From a virus: a DNA stretch of 64,000 bases. Each line of letters starts with the position of its first letter. The stretch's first letter is position 1. The stretch lies in the IMG/VR virus record IMGVR_UViG_3300034143_000010, one strand, 5' to 3'. A model generated the notes under the pieces. That model searched no databases, was not told the origin of the DNA, and worked only from the letters and a program-made list of their open reading frames with translations. Below are positions 29,028 to 36,968 of the stretch, one piece after another. The translations under genes were made by a program, and so were the position numbers.

Positions 29028-29216
29028 TCAACTCTGTAGATTCTCGGCCCACTCGACCTGTCCCCGCACCACGAAGAACTGCGCGCCGCAGTCGTGCGGA
29101 CAAATGATCGAAGGCTCAGCCGACCATGTGCCGCCTTCGTGCTGTGTGATCTCGTGTTCGTCGAGAGTCATCCAGCCGCCGCAGCGCGGGCACTTGATTT
29201 TCTTCCTGATACTCAA
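29028..29216 (-). CDS. Small zinc-binding protein (DUF6527-like)
   Basis: CPRCG...TWSAEPSIICPHDCGAQFFVVRGQVEW. Confidence 0.55.
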   Translation of the reverse strand: MSIRKKIKCPRCGGWMTLDEHEITQHEGGTWSAEPSIICPHDCGAQFFVVRGQVEWAENLQS

Positions 29217-29341
29217 GACTCTTGCTCCCTCTTCGCCCGCTCCTTGTAGTAGTTGTCAAGCAACTTCTGAATGACGATGCTCAGAATGCCGATAAAAGCG
29301 ACGATCACGCTTGCAACGCCGCTATCTAATTTCCTGCGCAT
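29213..29341 (-). CDS. 42-aa single-TM protein
   Basis: MRRKLDSGVASVIVAFIGILSIVIQKLLDNYYKERAKREQES*, overlapping both neighbours. Confidence 0.5.
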   Translation of the reverse strand: MRRKLDSGVASVIVAFIGILSIVIQKLLDNYYKERAKREQES

Positions 29342-29937
29342 GGAAGCTTCTCCTCTGGAATTCTGAAGAATGCCTGAACGACCCTTGGGTCGAACTGGCT
29401 GCCGCTACAACGTGTCAGCGCCGCGGCTGCCGCCTGATAGCCTTTCCCTGCGCGATAACACCGGTTATTCGTGATGGCGTCATAAGCATCGGCCACGGCC
29501 ACGATGCGCGCCCCGAGCGTGATCCCAGCGCCTGCAAGGCCGCACGGGTAGCCATGTCCGTCAAATCGCTCGTGATGCTGGCCGACGATATCAACGATAT
29601 GGACGGGCATCTCCAGTTCGGCGAGGGCCGCCGTGCCCTCGATAACATGCGCTCGCATGTGCATGCGCTCGATAGCCGTTAATTCGCCTTCCTTCTTGAG
29701 CACAGAGTCTTTCGTGCAAATCTTGCCGATGTCGTGAAGCTGTGCGCCGTAATAGAGCGCGAGCAACTCGGCGCGCTCGAGCTTCAGCTCTCTGCCGATA
29801 AGCACGGAAACACGCGCGACCCGTAAAACATGGTCATGCGTTCCCCTATCCTTTAACTTGAGCGCAACTAACAATGCACTGCTAGCGATTCTTAGTGCAT
29901 CGCCCGTAAGTGCAGAAGATTTTAATGTTATCGGCAT
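29326..29937 (-). CDS. Stand-alone HD-GYP phosphodiesterase
   Basis: HVLRV, LHDIGKI, HVIEG, QHHERFDGHGYPCGL, ARIVAVADAYDAIT, GSQFDP. Confidence 0.92.
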   Translation of the reverse strand: MPITLKSSALTGDALRIASSALLVALKLKDRGTHDHVLRVARVSVLIGRELKLERAELLALYYGAQLHDIGKICTKDSVLKKEGELTAIERMHMRAHVIEGTAALAELEMPVHIVDIVGQHHERFDGHGYPCGLAGAGITLGARIVAVADAYDAITNNRCYRAGKGYQAAAAALTRCSGSQFDPRVVQAFFRIPEEKLPCAGN

Positions 29938-30263
29938 TTAATTATTCGGACGGTGTTATGCCCTGAAACCCTTCCACCGATGTAGCTTAGGTAAATCCGG
30001 TCTTACGTTTTGGGAGGGTGTCCGCGCCCCTCACGAACAGGTTATCTAAGACCTCTCTTTAGTTTATTTAGGGTGTCCGCCCGCCCGCCATTGAGAGCCT
30101 AATAAAGCCCGACGTTTAATTACTCAGAGGGTGTCCGCCTTGACGCACTCCGCCGAAAAGAGCTTAGATAAAATGGATATTTAACTTTTCAGGGGGGTGT
30201 TACGGCTTTTGCCCCTACAGGCAAAGGGTAGGACTTTTAATTGATTAGTTTGGGGAGGGTGAA
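29919..30263 (-). promoter_or_regulatory. Tandem array 2 of six tripartite promoter-like units
   Basis: (G/C)GGTG(T/A) at 29951, 30016, 30071, 30129, 30195, 30257. Each has YTAA (GTAA in unit 2) and a TANNNT hexamer at 13-14 nt on the minus strand. Confidence 0.75.
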
Positions 30264-30266
30264 ACG

Positions 30267-30299
30267 GTGAATAGGAAGAGAATAATTGCTATCGGTTTA
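30267..30299 (+). pseudogene. 5' remnant of a DUF4177-like gene
   Basis: GTG-NRKRIIAIGL resembles MFISRKIIAIGL of 5723 at the same position relative to the array, then similarity stops. Confidence 0.6.
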
Positions 30300-30346
30300 C
30301 CTTCGCCTCTAGTTTGCCGTCACTTTGATAGTTTCTCTTAGCTTAT

Positions 30347-30500
30347 CAAAGTGATCGCGCGTGCCCGTGACTACTCCGCATTACGCGGCTTCTCAAGCAA
30401 CGCCCTCCCTAATGGGACACGTTTGCGCTTGAAGGTTAAGCCCTAACCTCAATATCTCTAATGCGGCAGAGTGGTCACGACTAACACTCAAGCCGCATGT
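30347..30500 (-). ncRNA. Predicted TnpB omega-RNA (scaffold ending at TCAC 30367, guide beyond)
   Basis: Minus strand gagaagccgcgtaatgcggagtagTCAC is a typical IS200/605 right end just after tnpB. The 5' extent is a guess. Confidence 0.55.
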
Positions 30501-31514
30501 TTGGCATTCATGCCAGCGTTGCGAGAGTGTTTTAGGTACGCCAGCGCCGCATGTGCATCTCTGTGATGTTCCGCGAGGGTCAACTTTAACCAGCTTGCGT
30601 CCAGTCTCTTCCACTTTGTACGCAACCTTATTTAAAAAGCTTGACCATCCAGCATCATTAACAGACTTGGCTAGCATTCCGCTCGCCAAGCCTTTAATGT
30701 TCAAATCTTCTATGGCGATCAATCCGTAATTGTTGACGAGAGCGCGAGAGGCTTTATGGTGAAAGTCTGCGCGTTGATTCTTAATGTGGGCATGAATGCG
30801 CTGTAGAAGTTGCACGGCTTTCCGGCGACGATGAGAGCCTTTCTTCCGTCGTGCTACTTTGCGCTGTGCCCTGCGAAGCTTGGCTTGTGCTGTCTTGAAA
30901 TAGCGCGGGTTCTCTATTTCTGTACCATCAGAGAGGGTAGCGAAAGTGGTAAGGCCAACATCTATTCCAATAGACTCAGAGCAAGGCGGCAATGGCTTCT
31001 CTTCACATTCAAGACTAAAACACACGTACCAACGTCCAGCCTCGCGCTTAACAGAAACTGTCTTGATCTTGCCTTCGATAACGCGGTGAAGTTTTACTTT
31101 AACGAGCCCAATCCCTTGCAGTCTTAACTTGCCATTATCAAGTAAGCGGCAACCATTACCATAAGCAGGATAGGTAAAGCTGTCGAAGCGGCGTGCAGAT
31201 TTAAATCGCGGAAATCCCGCTTTCTCTTTACGCTTCACGCGAGCAAAGAAAGCCTTGAACGTCTTATCAAGACGGCGCAATACATCATGCGCTACGTTGC
31301 AATTGAAGATACCAGTGTCGCCCTCCGCTCGAATCTCTTTAAGCTGGCGTGTTTGATCGTATAGTTGGATGGACTTGCGCTCTAACTTCCAAGCGTCGCG
31401 GCGCTCCTGAAGCCCAGCGTTATAAAGTCTGCACGCCTCCGCTAGTTGACCATTCAGCAAGTCAACCTGTGCGCGTGTCGGATACAACCTATACTTGAAA
31501 GTCTTACGAATCAT
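30393..31514 (-). CDS. tnpB: RNA-guided endonuclease TnpB (IS605/IS1341-type)
   Basis: KTFKYRLYPT N-terminus, RuvC IGIDVGL / IAIEDLN / SRDHSAA, zinc finger CTCG...CQTCG. No tnpA in the window. Confidence 0.95.
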   Translation of the reverse strand: MIRKTFKYRLYPTRAQVDLLNGQLAEACRLYNAGLQERRDAWKLERKSIQLYDQTRQLKEIRAEGDTGIFNCNVAHDVLRRLDKTFKAFFARVKRKEKAGFPRFKSARRFDSFTYPAYGNGCRLLDNGKLRLQGIGLVKVKLHRVIEGKIKTVSVKREAGRWYVCFSLECEEKPLPPCSESIGIDVGLTTFATLSDGTEIENPRYFKTAQAKLRRAQRKVARRKKGSHRRRKAVQLLQRIHAHIKNQRADFHHKASRALVNNYGLIAIEDLNIKGLASGMLAKSVNDAGWSSFLNKVAYKVEETGRKLVKVDPRGTSQRCTCGAGVPKTLSQRWHECQTCGLSVSRDHSAALEILRLGLNLQAQTCPIREGVA

Positions 31515-31521
31515 CTGCTAT

Positions 31522-32022
31522 TTACGCAGCCTTCTTTCTCACATCCCGGCCCGCCGCCAGATCAAGCTCGCGCTGAATAGCCCTCTCCGAGAGCCCCCGA
31601 CCGCGCAACGTCTTTGCCGCTTCCGCCGCCGCATCTCTCGCCCTCTTCGCCCATTCCTTTGTCGGCCAACTCCCCACGTAGAAGTGCTTCCCGTCAATCG
31701 TGATGCACACGGCAAACGGGCAACGCTTTGAATGAGGATTGCGATAGATAGAGCCGTCAGTGATTTTCAGATTAGCGCGGCGATAATCAAGAGTCTCTTT
31801 ATTGATGCGCCGCACGCGCACGCCTCGCGGCAAATCCAACACGGCATGATGAAGCATTATTTGTGTGGAGCGTCCGGCCATACACCTGAGCCGATAGACG
31901 TATGAGTATTTACCTACGCGCATGAGATGCCAGCGATAGCGATTGAGGCGCAGGTAATCTTCAAGATCAACTATCGCCGTCTGCTCTGAATTGACTAATG
32001 GTAATTCTCTATAAGGTTTCAT
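31522..32022 (-). CDS. Degenerate HNH-AP2 domain protein (paralog of 10238-10738)
   Basis: Near-identical sequence, same loss of HNH catalytic residues. Confidence 0.7.
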   Translation of the reverse strand: MKPYRELPLVNSEQTAIVDLEDYLRLNRYRWHLMRVGKYSYVYRLRCMAGRSTQIMLHHAVLDLPRGVRVRRINKETLDYRRANLKITDGSIYRNPHSKRCPFAVCITIDGKHFYVGSWPTKEWAKRARDAAAEAAKTLRGRGLSERAIQRELDLAAGRDVRKKAA

Positions 32023-32108
32023 CGCTTTTGATTCGAGGCGCGGCCCACTCGCTTCAAGCTCCCGACCTTTGGCGAGAGAGCCCGCGCCCCGTCCTCTTCA
32101 CGCCCCTT

Positions 32109-32462
32109 TTATTTGACGTGAAGAACCCGCTTGTCCCTGGTTTTCATGTAGCCCGCAACCCTGCTGGAGAACGTCCGCCACCTGTCAAGGAAAAGGCCCG
32201 CCTGAAACAGGCAATAGAAAACCATCTGTGCCCGCTCGCCCCGCTCCTTCCTTGTAGAGAGCAGATAGATCAACTCCATCAGAGCATGAGCCCTCCTATC
32301 CCTTCTCCCGCTCATCAGTACGGTGTTGACCAAAGCCATACCCTTCGCCGTGGCGCTCTCTTCTCCGTAAAGCTCGACGGCGCAACTCACGCTATTCAAC
32401 CTGAATCCCTTGACCTGTCGTGCCGTCATCTTCCGGCGCTCGCGCTTTCGTCTACTCATCAC
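32109..32462 (-). CDS. Hypothetical basic protein (paralog of 9787-10146)
   Basis: Near-identical translation. Confidence 0.7.
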   Translation of the reverse strand: MMSRRKRERRKMTARQVKGFRLNSVSCAVELYGEESATAKGMALVNTVLMSGRRDRRAHALMELIYLLSTRKERGERAQMVFYCLFQAGLFLDRWRTFSSRVAGYMKTRDKRVLHVK

Positions 32463-32860
32463 GCGGCCTCACTTTCAGGCCCGTTCAGAGAGCGCACAAG
32501 CTGGTAGGCGCGGCCAACTATCTCGACCTCGCTCGGATGAAGGCACAGGTCTGGACTATTCAATAAACTTCTGAGCATGACGAAGCCTTCCGGCATCATG
32601 TAGTAGCGCCTGACCATGTAGCCGTAAGGTGTGAGGACGAGCCCTGTTTCGCCGTGTAGAAGATTGTTCGTGCGGGTGCAGTAGATACGGTCGCCGCGCT
32701 GAAAGAATCCCTGCTCGTCGTCTGTCAGTTGGAATTCAACGATGATTGATTCGTCGGAGTCGGTGACGAAGGCGAGCGCCTTGTCGGTCTGCTCCGATTG
32801 CTTTCGCCAGAGGGCAAGGTCTGACACGTTGCCCCGTTGTATGTTAGGATTGTTTTGCAT
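32459..32860 (-). CDS. Degenerate S24/LexA-like C-terminal domain protein (paralog of 9389-9790)
   Basis: Near-identical translation. Confidence 0.6.
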   Translation of the reverse strand: MQNNPNIQRGNVSDLALWRKQSEQTDKALAFVTDSDESIIVEFQLTDDEQGFFQRGDRIYCTRTNNLLHGETGLVLTPYGYMVRRYYMMPEGFVMLRSLLNSPDLCLHPSEVEIVGRAYQLVRSLNGPESEAA

Positions 32861-32960
32861 CTCCTGTTCTTCCCCTCAATTTTTGGCTGTGCGGGTGGAT
32901 AGGTTGGTGTTCAGGCAGCGGCGCACTCTGACCAGTGCGCCGCTGCTATTTAGTTTCACC

Positions 32961-33107
32961 TCAGATACGGATGCCCCTCACATATTCAGCCGTGCGCTTG
33001 TGCCCGAAGGCATCAACTTCGATTCTCTGTTTAATCTCGTATTTGCTGGCAGGCTTGGCCGTCGTGGTGCTGACCGTGATATTGGTTGTGCTGGCTGTGC
33101 GGTTCAT
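32961..33107 (-). CDS. 48-aa protein ending in GIRI (paralog of 9151-9297)
   Basis: MNRTASTTN...AEYVRGIRI*. TTGACA-18-TAACAT promoter upstream. Confidence 0.75.
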   Translation of the reverse strand: MNRTASTTNITVSTTTAKPASKYEIKQRIEVDAFGHKRTAEYVRGIRI

Positions 33108-33225
33108 CTCTTTAGCTCCTGTCGTGATGTGTAACTGACGGAAGAGATGTTAACGCACGAGTAAGCGTCTTGTCAAGCAAATAATTACTCTTGCGTAAAT
33201 ATCTTTTTGGATTTAGAATGCGCGC

Positions 33226-33447
33226 ATGGTCAAAGGAATGTTTACTACTGAAGAGGCAGCAGCAGAATTAGGCGTGACCTCTGCGCGCGTGCGGCAGATG
33301 ATTATTGATGGCACTATTGAAGCTGAGAAGTTTGGGCGCGACCTTTTGATAACAGCAGAGGCGCTTCAAGTGGCGAGGCAGAGAAAAACGAAGCCCGGCC
33401 CGACTCCAACAGCTAAGAAATCAGCAAAGAAAAGCAGTAAGAAGTAA
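33226..33447 (+). CDS. Small excisionase-like (HTH_17) DNA-binding protein
   Basis: FTTEEAAAELGVTSARVRQMIIDGTIEAEKFGRDLLI. TTGCGT-17-TAGAAT ends 6 nt before the ATG (probably leaderless). Confidence 0.85.
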   Translation: MVKGMFTTEEAAAELGVTSARVRQMIIDGTIEAEKFGRDLLITAEALQVARQRKTKPGPTPTAKKSAKKSSKK

Positions 33448-33480
33448 CAAGCCTCTTACCCCTCACCGGAGCTAATCATT

Positions 33481-34554
33481 ATGGCTGACCCTGAACATTT
33501 AAAGCTTCTCCTAGAGTATGATGTATTCACTTGGAATAATTGGAGAGAGAGTAACCCTGAAGTAACTCCTGATCTTAGCGAAGCTATTCTTGATAAAGTA
33601 AATCTAATTAGGTTCAACCTCAGTTGGGCGAATTTGAATGACGCGAGACTTTCTGATGTAGACCTTTCAAAAGCTATTCTTGATCGAGCAGACCTAAGAG
33701 ACGCATATCTCTTTGATACAAACCTTGAAGGCGCTGATCTAATACAGTCAAACCTTGAAGGCGCAACTCTATTCAGAGTAACGTTGCGCGAGGCTAGACT
33801 TGTAGAGACGATCTTACGATTTACAACACTCTTCAGCACAAACCTAGACTCAGCAGACCTAACGAGAGCGGACTTTGCTGATGCTAGAATTGCTGATGTC
33901 AATTTTATCCGCAATGACCTTAGCGTAGTTAATAATCTACATTCAGTACGTCACTCTGGGCCTTCAAATATAAGCATTGATACGCTGTATATATCCTCTG
34001 GGGGAATTCCGGAAGTCTTTCTGCATGGCTGTGGCGTACCCGAGTCATTTATTTTTCAAGTCCCTGCACTTGTCGCATCAATTGAACCAATCCAGTTCCA
34101 CTCTTGCTTTATTAGCTACAGTACAAAAGATGAGGGATTTGCTAGACGGCTTTATTCACGAATGCGAGATGAGAAATTGCGCGTATGGTTTGCCCCTGAA
34201 GATATAAAGGGTGGGCAGAAATTGCATGAACAGATAGAGCGAGCTATTCAACTGCATGACAGACTTTTATTAGTGTTATCTGAGAACAGTATGCAAAGCG
34301 AATGGGTAATAACTGAGATTCAGGGGGCACGGAAAACAGAGATTGAAGAGAACAGACGTAAACTGTTCCCGATTACTATTGTAAATTTCGATAAAGTCAA
34401 AACTTGGAAATGCTTCGATGCTGACAGCGGCAAAGATTTAGCTAAAGAGGTGCGCGAGTATTACATACCTGATTTCTCAAACTGGAAAGATCAGGATTCA
34501 TTCGAGAAAGCATTCGATAGATTGCTTCGTGATTTGAAAGCTGAAGAGAAGTAA
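33481..34554 (+). CDS. Pentapeptide-repeat plus TIR domain protein
   Basis: A(D/N)LxxA pentapeptide repeats, SCFISYSTKD...VRVWFAPED, SEWVITEI (catalytic Glu). Confidence 0.9.
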   Translation: MADPEHLKLLLEYDVFTWNNWRESNPEVTPDLSEAILDKVNLIRFNLSWANLNDARLSDVDLSKAILDRADLRDAYLFDTNLEGADLIQSNLEGATLFRVTLREARLVETILRFTTLFSTNLDSADLTRADFADARIADVNFIRNDLSVVNNLHSVRHSGPSNISIDTLYISSGGIPEVFLHGCGVPESFIFQVPALVASIEPIQFHSCFISYSTKDEGFARRLYSRMRDEKLRVWFAPEDIKGGQKLHEQIERAIQLHDRLLLVLSENSMQSEWVITEIQGARKTEIEENRRKLFPITIVNFDKVKTWKCFDADSGKDLAKEVREYYIPDFSNWKDQDSFEKAFDRLLRDLKAEEK

Positions 34555-34625
34555 AATGGTAAGCAGGAGTAGACCGCTAAAGGCTAAAGACGATTCAAAG
34601 GTGAGTAAGAAGGGTAGAAAGGCCA

Positions 34626-35696
34626 GTGGACAAGCGTTATCAAGTCTTTGTTAGCTCAACTTATGTTGATCTTCAAGAAGAAAGGCAAGAAGTAATCCAA
34701 GCTCTACTAGAACTGGATTGCATTCCTGCCGGGATGGAGCTTTTTCCTGCCGCAGATGATGACCAATGGACATTGATAAAGAAAGTTATTGACGACTGTG
34801 ATTATTACATTGTGATTATTGGTGGCCGGTACGGTTCTTTGTCCCCCTCTGGCGTGAGTTACACACAGATGGAATATGAGTATGCTGTGTCTCAAGGGAA
34901 GCCTATTATCGGATTTATTCATAGAGACCCCGGCTCTATCCCTGCGTCCAAAACAGAGCAATCAGAAGAAGGGAGAGCAAAACTTGAATCATTTCTTGAA
35001 TTGGTTAAACGGAAGGTTTGTAAATATTGGACTACGCCATCAGAATTGGGGTCAGTTGTGAGTAGAAGTTTGGTTCAATTAATCAAAAAGAAACCTGCGA
35101 TAGGATGGATTCGAGCGGATTTGATTTCAGATGAGGCAGCGCAGGAAATTTTAAAATTAAGGAAGCAACTTGAAGATTATGAACTTCTATTAGAAGCATC
35201 CCGCTTTAAATCACCAGAAGGAACGGACGAACTATCACAGGGGGACGATGAGGTTATTATTAATTATACATGTGATAAGTGCGCTTTCTTGACAGAGGGA
35301 GAAACCGAACGTATTAAGATATGCTATGAGGTTTGGCACACAACTTGGAATGCTATGTTTGCGGCCATTTCCCCCTTAATGCTTGATGAAGCCTCTAGTG
35401 ATTCATTAAAAATAGCTTTGGATAAGCTATTAGAGGATGAGCAATACCTCTCTTTAATGTTAGACGTAGAAGATAAGAGTATTGGTTTTATAAATTTTAT
35501 GATTGGAGAGGCGGATTTTCAAACCATCATAATCCAGTTTCGCGCCCTCGGGCTAATAACTAAAAGTAATAGGGAGAAAGTCTCTACAGATAAATCAACA
35601 TATTGGTCTTTGACTCCGTATGGTGATTATCTAATGACTAAATTGAGGGCATACAAAAGACCGCAGAAACCATCTGAAACTCAAGAGTCAATATAG
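34626..35696 (+). CDS. DUF4062 domain protein
   Basis: KRYQVFVSSTYVDLQEERQ...PAGMELFPAA...DCDYYIVIIGGRYGS...SYTQMEYEYA. GTG start. Confidence 0.9.
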   Translation: MDKRYQVFVSSTYVDLQEERQEVIQALLELDCIPAGMELFPAADDDQWTLIKKVIDDCDYYIVIIGGRYGSLSPSGVSYTQMEYEYAVSQGKPIIGFIHRDPGSIPASKTEQSEEGRAKLESFLELVKRKVCKYWTTPSELGSVVSRSLVQLIKKKPAIGWIRADLISDEAAQEILKLRKQLEDYELLLEASRFKSPEGTDELSQGDDEVIINYTCDKCAFLTEGETERIKICYEVWHTTWNAMFAAISPLMLDEASSDSLKIALDKLLEDEQYLSLMLDVEDKSIGFINFMIGEADFQTIIIQFRALGLITKSNREKVSTDKSTYWSLTPYGDYLMTKLRAYKRPQKPSETQESI

Positions 35697-35856
35697 CTAC
35701 TAACTTGTGATCCACCAATTGACACCCCACACTCCACACTCATATCTTACCCTCGCTATTCAATGAGAGATTGTTAGACTGACTGTCTGTTGATTGTCTG
35801 GGCTAATTTGTGCGCCAAGGCTGCTATACCTTATAGAGAATTCTAGGAGAAAAGCT

Positions 35857-36762
35857 ATGGGAGAAACAAATTCCAATAACATGAGTTTGGATGATTCTCT
35901 TAAACGTGCTCAACTTAAGAAAATACGTTTGGAGATAAAACAACTAAAAAAAGGAAATGGGTGGGGAGAAGCAATCACTCAATTTATTCCTTTAATTTCT
36001 GTTTTAATTGCTGTCGGTGGTTTTTTATTCGGTATTTACGAGTTCCAGAAAAAAAGTAAAGTAGAACAAGATAAGATGTTGTTCGAGCAACAAAAAGATC
36101 GAGAAACGAGAGAAGCAGATCAAACTATTAGAATCCAAGGCCAAATACGGTCTGACCTTGAGCAGTTGTTCAATTTCACACAAGATAAACAACAGACTAT
36201 CTCCAAAGTACTTTTCACCCTTGGGGACTTGAAAGCTTATCTTGAAATTGAAAAAACCTTAAAACAATCTGGCTCTAATTCTTATAAGACAAGAGATATA
36301 ACTACCAATTTAATTAAAAGTGTTATTGATGATTGCGATTTCGACGTACATAGAGATGTCAAATATGACCGCGCCTTGATGAATCATTGGGAAGATAGCC
36401 GACCATATCTCAGAGAAAATACTGGGATGAATGAATATATTTTATATAAGTATAGTGAGGCTTTACGGAAAATTTATAACATCGATCCCTCTGTAGTTAG
36501 CAGTTTAAAATATACGGGTCAGCGGTTTGATTACCCCGATGGGTATCGGAAACTTAGTTCGCCACAAATACGTCATTTAGAGGAGATTATTACGAGCTTT
36601 AACGAACACATGCAGCTATTCGAGGCAGACGACGTTAAGAAGCATTACCAAAAAAAATTTCAGGTGGCAACATGTAATTCTACGCTGACAGAGCAAATAT
36701 TCGGGGTTAAGTTCGACCCCAGTGGTGATCGTGAGCTAGAGCGTTGCCCCAATACTAAATAA
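35857..36762 (+). CDS. Hypothetical single-TM protein within an integron-type cassette
   Basis: RBS aggaga. Flanked by GTTAGAC (35773) and GCCTAAC-aactca (36811). Confidence 0.7.
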   Translation: MGETNSNNMSLDDSLKRAQLKKIRLEIKQLKKGNGWGEAITQFIPLISVLIAVGGFLFGIYEFQKKSKVEQDKMLFEQQKDRETREADQTIRIQGQIRSDLEQLFNFTQDKQQTISKVLFTLGDLKAYLEIEKTLKQSGSNSYKTRDITTNLIKSVIDDCDFDVHRDVKYDRALMNHWEDSRPYLRENTGMNEYILYKYSEALRKIYNIDPSVVSSLKYTGQRFDYPDGYRKLSSPQIRHLEEIITSFNEHMQLFEADDVKKHYQKKFQVATCNSTLTEQIFGVKFDPSGDRELERCPNTK

Positions 36763-36887
36763 GTAGTGAGTTGTTAAAAGCATTATCTTGTTTATACACA
36801 ACAGGTGGCTGCCTAACAACTCACTCACTCAAAATACATAGACTCCACCTCTCCCCTATCATCCCATTCAATATCCATGAAGTAGAT

Positions 36888-36906
36888 AATCGTAAATTTG
36901 ACGAAT
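36888..36906. repeat. Palindromic repeat, copy 4 (inverted)
   Basis: aatcgt aaatttg acgaat. Confidence 0.9.
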
Positions 36907-36917
36907 TTGGATATTAC

Positions 36918-36952
36918 GGGGTAGGGCGAAAGCTTTGCCCCTGTTTTGTTTT
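36918..36952 (+). terminator. Rho-independent terminator
   Basis: agggcgaaagctttgcccct plus gttttgtttt. Reverse complement of 5971-6005. Confidence 0.75.
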
Positions 36953-36968
36953 CTGCTAAATTTGCGGC

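Noticed and set aside
29925-29940. sigma28-like GCCGATAA on the minus strand
   Set aside because: It lies only 1 nt from the upstream TAAA, not about 15 nt, and is absent from the other 14 motif copies.
29919-30263. TIGR-Tas-type guide array
   Set aside because: The period is 55-68 bp rather than about 36 nt, I see no box C/D-like motifs, and no Nop-domain protein is recognisable in the window.
30393-31514. Nuclease-dead TldR-type TnpB
   Set aside because: All three RuvC acidic residues (D in GIDVG, E in IEDL, D in RDHS) are present.
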